NCBI GenBank assembly: GCA_021734945.1
Contig: JAIPIA010000001.1
Location: forward strand, 308,415 to 372,414
From: Minisyncoccota bacterium
GTDB taxonomy: Bacteria; Patescibacteriota; Minisyncoccia; Phycocordibacterales; CAIZLB01
DNA length: 64,000 bases
Direction: 5' to 3'
Below are positions 56,996-64,000 of the stretch, in pieces; position 1 is the first letter of the stretch, and each line of letters starts with the position of its first letter. A program made the position numbers and the translations under genes. The notes under the pieces were generated by a model. The model was given only the letters and a program-made list of their open reading frames with translations. It did not search any database and had not been told where the DNA came from.

Positions 56996-57853
56996 TTAAC
57001 CTTCTGGCAAGTTAAACGTCGTGCGCCAATTTGGATCGGCGTGCATATCTTTGAAAGTTGGCAACCTAGATGGGGTAACAACCTTACCTACCAGTGACGG
57101 CGGTACGGCGAATCCATTGAGAGGCACGGCACGGCAGGGCGTTTCGTCCTCTTGTTCCAATTCCATGACAACATCTTCTTGCTTAACACAGACTGACAAA
57201 ATAGTCTGAGGATCTCTCAAGGACATATAGTAAGTAAGATGCTCTTCAGCCAAACCAAAACTCATAGCCTTAATCTTCCCCTTGTCTAAGACCAACTGCC
57301 AAACTATGAAAACCCTTTTGACACTTTCGCCAACCGTCAACTTGTCTGCAAACAGGATTAGCACTTGCTTGTACTTTTTAAAGCGTTCGACAAGGTCATC
57401 TCGAAAAGCCTCTCCGCAATCTTGGTCGTTGACCAGCATAGCGAAAGATGACCAATCAAGTGGAGCGTATATTCCATCGCTCCAGACTCTGTTCATAGCT
57501 TCAAAAGCTTGTCCTACCGTAGTTGGACAACCACCTTCACTTGCGATGGTAAGTGGATTATCCAGCAGACGTGTGTGAAGCGTTGCTTTGGGGTGGATGA
57601 ATTGAAATCCATACTCCCCTTGTTTGATTCCAGCATCGGGGACTTTTATAACCCTTTTGAGTTCACTGAACAGTCGAGGTACAAGGACCGGCATACTGAA
57701 GTCGAGCAAGAAGTTATCAAGCCCTGGACCCGCAGCAGGTTCTCCTATTTCAACGAAATTGCCAGCAGGTTTTTGAGGCTTTGTTTTCCACTTCTCACAT
57801 GCCCATTCCAAAAACTCCGGATGATTTTGCAAAGAACTATCTGCGTTGCTCAT
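56996..57853 (-). CDS. Hypothetical protein; GC-rich ORF
   Basis: ORF only. Confidence 0.4.
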   Translation of the reverse strand: MSNADSSLQNHPEFLEWACEKWKTKPQKPAGNFVEIGEPAAGPGLDNFLLDFSMPVLVPRLFSELKRVIKVPDAGIKQGEYGFQFIHPKATLHTRLLDNPLTIASEGGCPTTVGQAFEAMNRVWSDGIYAPLDWSSFAMLVNDQDCGEAFRDDLVERFKKYKQVLILFADKLTVGESVKRVFIVWQLVLDKGKIKAMSFGLAEEHLTYYMSLRDPQTILSVCVKQEDVVMELEQEDETPCRAVPLNGFAVPPSLVGKVVTPSRLPTFKDMHADPNWRTTFNLPEG

Positions 57854-58069
57854 GACTTAACTCCTTTCTTGGTAAATTGTGAATGAATTCTGTAGAACGC
57901 ATATAAATCATACCCTCATTTTCTTATTTCCGTAAAATTGTGCAGGCTTAAAAAACGTGTTCTAATTTGATTTTCAAGCGTTTTCATAGTAAAGTACTTT
58001 TTTAATAAACGGAGTACTCGGTGGCACTTAACAAAGTGCTCGACAGACTCAGTTACTCAAATTATCCAC

Positions 58070-59539
58070 ATGAAAATCCTCTCTATTGAAACAAGTTGTG
58101 ATGAAACAGCAGTATCCATTATTGAAGCTAGTGGTGATTTAAATTCGCCTCGTTTTACAATTTTAGGTAACGCCCTTTATTCTCAGATAAGCACACATGC
58201 AGAGTACGGCGGAGTCTTCCCTGCTCTGGCAAAACGTGAACATACACTAAACTTGGTTCCGATGCTCAAGCTCGCGACTGAAGAAGCGTTTGAACACGCA
58301 AGTAAAGCCACACAAAATGGTGCAGAAAATAGTACAAACCAAACTACAAACAAAAAAAGTGAGAACGCCCAAGAAACTGCAAACACTGAACTCTCAGCAG
58401 AACTTCGCGCACAGATCTTAGAAATTCTCTCACGTGAAAATGATCTCGGACCAGCACTTTTAGATTTTCTAGACACGCATGAAGTTTTTGGTATTGATGC
58501 AATTGCAGTAACACAAGGACCAGGACTCGAACCGGCACTTTGGGTTGGTATTAGTTTTGCAAAAGCTTTGGCGCTAGCGCTTAATAAGCCGATTATTCCA
58601 GTGAATCACATGGAGGGTCACATAGTATCAGTACTGACAGAGTCTACTGAACTCGACCGAAATGACGATATACACAATAGTAAAACAAATCGAGCCGTTC
58701 AGTTCCCAGCTCTCGCTCTACTCATATCAGGTGGTCACACTGAACTCGTACTCTCAAAGGATTGGCACCAATATGAAGTAATTGGACAAACAGTTGACGA
58801 TGCGGTTGGTGAGGCATTTGATAAAGTGGCTCGACTCATGAATCTACCCTATCCAGGCGGACCAAAGATATCTAGACTCGCAGCCGAGAGTCGTGCTGAG
58901 AATTTAAGAGAGAAATATAAGACTGATACAACCCTTAGCTACGACGCCGGTCTTGGTGAATATCCATGGACACTTCCTCGTCCGATGCTTAAAAGTTCTG
59001 ATTTTAATTTTTCATTTTCAGGATTAAAGACAGCTGTACTTTATGCAGTGAAAGACAAGCTAAAAAATCGAACTGATATTGCTGATATTTCTGCAAATAT
59101 CTCTACCAAAGAATTACACAGTGAACATATTGCCAGCAAAGACACACCTCAATTATCAGAAATAGAAATAAAAACTCTTGCTGAGGAATTCGAAAATGCA
59201 GTCACTGATGTGCTTGTACATAAAACTCGCAAAGCAATTGAAGAAACAAATGCTCAAACACTGATCATTGGAGGTGGAGTTATTGCAAACACACATATTC
59301 GTGAAGCATTCAAAAAAGTAGCTGACCAAACCGGCGTTCAACTTTTTACACCATCAGTTTCTCTTTCAACAGATAACTCTGTGATGATAGGCGTTGCTGG
59401 ATATTTAAGGTGGATTGCTAAAGACAAAGGGATACTGATGCCAGAAAATTTGCGAAAGATAGATGGCACTTTAGATAATGGAGATTTTAGTATGGAAAAA
59501 TTAGCTGAATTTAGAGCAAATGGTAATTTAAGTTTGTAG
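58070..59539 (+). CDS. tsaD: tRNA N6-adenosine threonylcarbamoyltransferase TsaD (Kae1/YgjD family) with large insertions
   Basis: N-terminus MKILSIETSCDETAVSI, metal site HMEGH, ~490 aa versus ~340 typical. Confidence 0.75.
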   Translation: MKILSIETSCDETAVSIIEASGDLNSPRFTILGNALYSQISTHAEYGGVFPALAKREHTLNLVPMLKLATEEAFEHASKATQNGAENSTNQTTNKKSENAQETANTELSAELRAQILEILSRENDLGPALLDFLDTHEVFGIDAIAVTQGPGLEPALWVGISFAKALALALNKPIIPVNHMEGHIVSVLTESTELDRNDDIHNSKTNRAVQFPALALLISGGHTELVLSKDWHQYEVIGQTVDDAVGEAFDKVARLMNLPYPGGPKISRLAAESRAENLREKYKTDTTLSYDAGLGEYPWTLPRPMLKSSDFNFSFSGLKTAVLYAVKDKLKNRTDIADISANISTKELHSEHIASKDTPQLSEIEIKTLAEEFENAVTDVLVHKTRKAIEETNAQTLIIGGGVIANTHIREAFKKVADQTGVQLFTPSVSLSTDNSVMIGVAGYLRWIAKDKGILMPENLRKIDGTLDNGDFSMEKLAEFRANGNLSL

Positions 59540-59616
59540 TTTTAAATTACTTTAAGAAATAAATTAGATTTATTTGACATTTCTTTTGATATAAATATAA
59601 TACAGATATTAGTGGC

Positions 59617-59641
59617 TTCGGCCTCCGAGAAAACCCCGTTA
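59617..59641. terminator. Bidirectional terminator AAAACCCCGTTAAGGGGTTTTTG
   Basis: Read directly. Confidence 0.6.
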
Positions 59642-60043
59642 AGGGGTTTTTGATTTTAAAAATAATTTTATAATTGAAGAATTTATTCTAGAAAAATCTT
59701 CATTATTTAAAGTACAAATTTTTCTCAATAATCTGAGTGAGCTTACACACTTAATTTGAGTAAGTGACACCCAAGCAACAGTTGGATTTTCAATTCTAGT
59801 GTAATGAGGACTATTTGTTTTATCTTTAGTGGTGAGCGGTAATACCCAAAGCATTAAACCATTAAACTTGTTGAGAATTAAAACAGGTCTTTCAAACTTA
59901 CTGTTCTTTCCATTCGATTCAACACCAATATTGGTACCTATTGAACACCACCAAATTTCTCTCTCAGAAAAATAGAAGTCTTGGAGGATTTTCTTATCTA
60001 TCTTCTGCTTCTCTAAATTCCACAGATCAAAATCTTTCTCCAT
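59639..60043 (-). CDS. PemK/MazF-family toxin-like protein (solo; no antitoxin ORF upstream)
   Basis: ERPVLILNKFNGLMLWVLPLTTKDKT block resembles the MazF core. Confidence 0.45.
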   Translation of the reverse strand: MEKDFDLWNLEKQKIDKKILQDFYFSEREIWWCSIGTNIGVESNGKNSKFERPVLILNKFNGLMLWVLPLTTKDKTNSPHYTRIENPTVAWVSLTQIKCVSSLRLLRKICTLNNEDFSRINSSIIKLFLKSKTP

Positions 60044-60185
60044 TAGCGAACATTATCAGAAAATACATAAAATACACTTAAATAAATCTTAAAAATTACC
60101 TAAAATAAAGGCATAAACTACCTCTTCTATAGACCTCAAACAACCCTTATCCAAAGCCCCATTTTCTGCTACACTAGCAGGTATT

Positions 60186-62708
60186 ATGAATAAAAATATC
60201 AATGACAACGGAGGTGCACAAAACGCGCAAAACACGACATCTTCAGCGACAGCGAATAACGGTTCAAACCAAGCTGACACAAATAACGCATCAGCATATA
60301 AAGCACCCAACATTCCTGCTCCGCTTTTATCACCCTACAAACCTGAATCTTCAGAAGTGGTGGTCATTGATATTCATGAAAAAAGCCAGCTCTCAAATCC
60401 TGACATATGTATCAAACTTGGTCTCACGTCAGATGAAGCTGAACACTTCTCTATAATACTTCCCCCTCCAAACGTAACAGGCACACTTCACCTTGGTCAT
60501 GGACTCATGGCATCACTTTCTGATATCAGTATTCGATTTGAACGAATGCGTGGAAAGCGTGCACTTTGGATTCCAGGAACAGATCATGCTGCTATCGCGA
60601 CACAATCTAAAGTAGAAAAAGAAATTTCCAAAAACGAAGGTAAGAGTAGATACGATCTTGGGCGTGAAGAACTTCTCCGACGAGTTGAAGAGTTCGCACA
60701 AGCAAGCCATGACACTATTGTCACACAAACAAAGCGAATGGGTACATCTCTCGATTGGTCACGCGAAGCCTATACACTCGATGCAACCCGAAACCACGCA
60801 GTACGAACAATGTTCAAAAAAATGTACGATGATGGACTTATATATCAAGGTTCTCGTATTGTAAATTGGGATCCAAAGGGTCAGACTACTATTGCTGATG
60901 ACGAGATTGTATACAAAGAAGATACAAGTAAATTTTATTATTTTAAATATGGACCATTCACGATTGGTACAGCACGACCTGAGACAAAATTTGGTGACAA
61001 GTACGTTGTAATGCATCCTAAAGATGAACGGTATAAGCAATATGAGCACGGACAGAAAATTACCGTTGAATGGATTAACGGACCTATCGAAGCCACTATT
61101 ATCAAAGATGAAACTATTGATATGGAATTTGGTACTGGAGTAATGACTATTACCCCATGGCACTCAGGCGTCGATTTTCAACTTGCTGAAAAATATAAGC
61201 TCGACAAAGAACAAATTATTGACCAAAAAGGGCGACTTCTCCCGATTGCTGGGCCAGAATTTGCAGGAATGAAGATTTCAGAGGCGCGAGAAAAGATAGT
61301 TGAAAAACTTGCAAGCAAAGGTCTCGTAGAAAAAATTGAAGATAAGTATATACACAATATTGCAACTGCTGAGCGAACCGGAGGAACAATTGAACCTCAA
61401 ATTATGAAGCAGTGGTTCGTCGCTGTAAACAAACCATTTATACTTCCCTTTTCTGATATAAAAGGCATTGAAGCTGGTAAAGAAACAACTCTCAAACAAA
61501 TCATGCGAGCTGCAGTTGATGGTGGTCAAGTTGAGCTTATTCCAGAACACTACAACAAAACGTATTTTCACTGGATTGATAACCTAAATGACTGGTGTAT
61601 TTCAAGACAGATTTGGTATGGACATCGAATTCCAGTTTGGTACAAAAAAGCTGAAGATGGAACTATTGCTGAAACGTATTGTGATATCTTAAGTCCAAAA
61701 GAAGCTGACAGAGCTGACGCTGACGAATTTGTTCAAGACGAAGACACTCTCGATACATGGTTCTCATCTGGCCTTTGGACTTTCTCTACAATGGGATGGC
61801 CTGAGGCATTTGATACAAAGACTGGTGCTATTCAAGCAGGTTCAGACCTCGCCCGATTTCACCCTACAAGCATTCTCATCACAGGCCCTGATATTATTTT
61901 CTTCTGGGTTGCACGTATGATTCTCATGACAGGCTACGCGATGGGTACAGTTCCATATGAACGTGTATATTTCAACGGACTAGTAAGAGACATGCAAGGT
62001 AGAAAAATGAGTAAATCTTTTGGAAACGGCGGTGACCCTGTAGAAATTTCTGAAAAGTACGGTGCTGACGCCCTCCGAATGTTTTATGCAATGGCTACGG
62101 CTCCTGGAACTGATACCAAACTTGATGAAAACAAGATCAAGGGTTTTAAGCATTTCGCAAACAAGCTATGGAATATTACACGCTTTATTTTGACGATGGC
62201 AGAAGAACAAAAAAATAAGGACGTCTCAAGTACAGCGACATATGATGCAAACTTTTCAGCATGGTCTGCAAAAGATATCGAACTTATCGCTGAACGAGAT
62301 GAACTTATAAAAACTATTACGAAAGAACTGGAGGAACTTCGTTATCATCTTGCTTCAGACAAGATTTACCAATACACATGGTCACGTTTTGCGGACATTA
62401 TTCTTGAAGAATCAAAAATAATATTTAATGGGCGTGCAGAAAAAGTAGATGCAACAGATCCAGAAAATCCAGCAAAAAACCACACAGCACTACCTGCAGG
62501 TACTCAAGAAGAAAAAAATTCTCGAATTCAATTCCTGCTCCATACACTCAGAACGCTTCTTGTAGTTGTTCACCCATTCATGCCGCATGTAACAGAAGAA
62601 CTCTGGTCAATTATTAACACAGGAAAGAGTTTGAACGACATGAGCTCTGAAGAACGTGCTAAAATAAATGCAGCCGATCTGTTGATGGCTCACAAATGGC
62701 CGAATTAA
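60186..62708 (+). CDS. valS: Valyl-tRNA synthetase with N/T-rich N-terminal extension
   Basis: Class I motifs PPPNVTGTLHLGHG and KMSKSFGN, plus an editing domain; 840 aa. Confidence 0.85.
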   Translation: MNKNINDNGGAQNAQNTTSSATANNGSNQADTNNASAYKAPNIPAPLLSPYKPESSEVVVIDIHEKSQLSNPDICIKLGLTSDEAEHFSIILPPPNVTGTLHLGHGLMASLSDISIRFERMRGKRALWIPGTDHAAIATQSKVEKEISKNEGKSRYDLGREELLRRVEEFAQASHDTIVTQTKRMGTSLDWSREAYTLDATRNHAVRTMFKKMYDDGLIYQGSRIVNWDPKGQTTIADDEIVYKEDTSKFYYFKYGPFTIGTARPETKFGDKYVVMHPKDERYKQYEHGQKITVEWINGPIEATIIKDETIDMEFGTGVMTITPWHSGVDFQLAEKYKLDKEQIIDQKGRLLPIAGPEFAGMKISEAREKIVEKLASKGLVEKIEDKYIHNIATAERTGGTIEPQIMKQWFVAVNKPFILPFSDIKGIEAGKETTLKQIMRAAVDGGQVELIPEHYNKTYFHWIDNLNDWCISRQIWYGHRIPVWYKKAEDGTIAETYCDILSPKEADRADADEFVQDEDTLDTWFSSGLWTFSTMGWPEAFDTKTGAIQAGSDLARFHPTSILITGPDIIFFWVARMILMTGYAMGTVPYERVYFNGLVRDMQGRKMSKSFGNGGDPVEISEKYGADALRMFYAMATAPGTDTKLDENKIKGFKHFANKLWNITRFILTMAEEQKNKDVSSTATYDANFSAWSAKDIELIAERDELIKTITKELEELRYHLASDKIYQYTWSRFADIILEESKIIFNGRAEKVDATDPENPAKNHTALPAGTQEEKNSRIQFLLHTLRTLLVVVHPFMPHVTEELWSIINTGKSLNDMSSEERAKINAADLLMAHKWPN

Positions 62709-63538
62709 TTACATCTGTATTCTCATATTTAGGATTTTCAATTTCTAATATAATTATTGTAACTGCACATTTTGTGTTTGCGAGTTACGCAGGTATTGCA
62801 CAGGCATTATCAAACTCACCAACTTTTGTTTTACAATCATTTGTATATGCCTTTATAGGTGGACTTTTTCCTGCACTTATTTGGTTATGGTTTTGGATGC
62901 ACGAAAACCTAGACCATCGAGAACCAAAATACACACTCCGACTTACCTTTTTAGCAGGTATGTGTGCTGTACTACTTGTATTTCCATTTCAAAAACTCAT
63001 TGCTTGGATAATTGGTGGAGAACCAGGAACATGGACCATTATATTCTTGTGGGCAGCCCTCGAAGAATTATTTAAATACTGGGCAGCTTACTTTTTCGCT
63101 CTTCGAAACAAAAGTGAAGTTTTTGATGAACCCATAGATGCCTTTGTATATCTAATGACAGCAGCACTTGGATTTGCAGCTCTGGAAAATACTTTATTTC
63201 TCATCGGACCATTACTACAAGGAAACACGCTCTCATCAATACTTGTAGGAAATATGCGTTTTATGGGAGCAAACCTACTTCATGTTGCATCTTCAGGACT
63301 TCTTTCATTATTTATTGCCTTTGCATATTTTAAACCAGTTTGGAAACAGAGACTTTACACGATTATTGGTCTTTTTGTAGCCTTTCTTTTCCATGCTGGA
63401 TTCAACTTTCTTCTTACCATGATTGATAATGGACTTATTGGAAAAGAAAAAATATTTCTCGCTTTCTCTTTCGTATGGATTACATTGATAATTCTTATAC
63501 TCGCGCTTGAGAAAGTTAAGAAAATCAAGGAGTTTTAG
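62696..63538 (+). CDS. prsW: PrsW-family intramembrane protease
   Basis: EELFKYWAA (the EExxK motif) and FAALEN. It overlaps the valS stop by 13 bp. Confidence 0.7.
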   Translation: MAELITSVFSYLGFSISNIIIVTAHFVFASYAGIAQALSNSPTFVLQSFVYAFIGGLFPALIWLWFWMHENLDHREPKYTLRLTFLAGMCAVLLVFPFQKLIAWIIGGEPGTWTIIFLWAALEELFKYWAAYFFALRNKSEVFDEPIDAFVYLMTAALGFAALENTLFLIGPLLQGNTLSSILVGNMRFMGANLLHVASSGLLSLFIAFAYFKPVWKQRLYTIIGLFVAFLFHAGFNFLLTMIDNGLIGKEKIFLAFSFVWITLIILILALEKVKKIKEF

Positions 63539-63609
63539 CTGCTCTTTTATTTTTCATCTTATACATGTTGGTGTATAATAAAGAGCGAATTAAGTATTAA
63601 TTAAATCAT

Positions 63610-64000
63610 ATGAAAAAAAGATCTTTTTTTGAACGACTGACAGGAAGTATTAATATTGACGATGAAGAATTAGAACATGATGAAGAATCTGACATCGAAC
63701 CACAAATAGAAGTACGTGGAAACGCTCGAACTGAAACATCTCGTGAGAGCCGATTTGCTCCAAAGAGTAGAGGTATTTTTGGGCGTGAAAGAGAAGAAGA
63801 AAGACAAATAACTTCTACATGGAATGAGGAACCGTCAGGCGAAGGAGAGCTTTCTCTAGATGTATTTCAAACTCCTGATGAGATTATCGTACGAGCTATG
63901 ATTCCAGGTGTACGAAAAGATGATATGGATATTTCTATCTCAAGAGACAGTATCACCATCAAAGGCTCAAGAAAAGAAGATAAAATTATCGCTGACCAAG
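63610..64000 (+). CDS. Hsp20/alpha-crystallin family small heat-shock protein (3' end beyond the window)
   Basis: LSLDVFQTPDEIIVRAMIPGVRKDDMDISI ACD pattern; the ORF runs off the window. Confidence 0.65.
   Translation, partial: MKKRSFFERLTGSINIDDEELEHDEESDIEPQIEVRGNARTETSRESRFAPKSRGIFGREREEERQITSTWNEEPSGEGELSLDVFQTPDEIIVRAMIPGVRKDDMDISISRDSITIKGSRKEDKIIADQ

Noticed and set aside
60089-60313. Minus-strand 74-aa ORF upstream of the MazF-like gene as a candidate antitoxin
   Set aside because: It overlaps the valS start region on the opposite strand. It is hydrophobic and low-complexity rather than RHH/AbrB-like, and sits in the wrong position (it overlaps valS coding sequence).
1-64000. CRISPR arrays, rRNA genes, transposases or integrases
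   Set aside because: No regularly spaced repeat-spacer structure, no rRNA-like conserved segments and no DDE/tyrosine-recombinase ORFs were seen. The only repeats are the 11-bp arrays, the hairpin family and the two duplication scars described above.

Overview
This 64-kb window looks like a chromosomal segment of an AT-rich, small-genome bacterium. About 36-40% GC in coding sequence and lower between genes is my visual estimate, not a computed value. Many housekeeping proteins carry low-complexity insertions and several aminoacyl-tRNA synthetases are divergent. Both fit Patescibacteria/CPR-like genomes, but that is an inference from style only. I can support about 70 protein genes (clpB, dnaE, rnhB, thrS, infB-rbfA, gyrA, rpsA, pth, lepB, a HisRS-like gene, rpsU, ybeY, ftsA-ftsZ, trxB, tsaD, valS, prsW, ilvE, an M20 peptidase, a cysteine desulfurase, rpmF, rpmG and others) and 10 tRNA genes. 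Several accessory-looking features stand out. (1) Next to two tRNA genes lies a tight minus-strand cluster: an OLD-family ABC-ATPase/Toprim nuclease, a CYTH protein, a 2H phosphoesterase, an HD hydrolase and an ORF6N protein. I consider it a candidate undescribed defence or nucleotide-processing system. (2) Two arrays of 11-bp-phased TGTATCC repeats lie 14 kb apart and end in the same ~18-mer; one sits beside an orphan DinJ-like gene and AT-rich DNA. (3) An ECF sigma-factor gene is flanked by ~80-100-bp direct repeats copied from the 3' end of rpmF plus its terminator. (4) Six small VirB2/TrbC-like membrane-protein paralogues occur in tandem. (5) A 19-bp duplication of the tRNA-Glu 3' end lies ~190 bp downstream of that tRNA (an att-like scar). 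(6) A conserved hairpin family occurs at three gene ends. (7) Several ORFs of unusually high GC are scattered through the window. (8) Solo MazF-like and DinJ-like genes are present. No CRISPR array and no rRNA were found.
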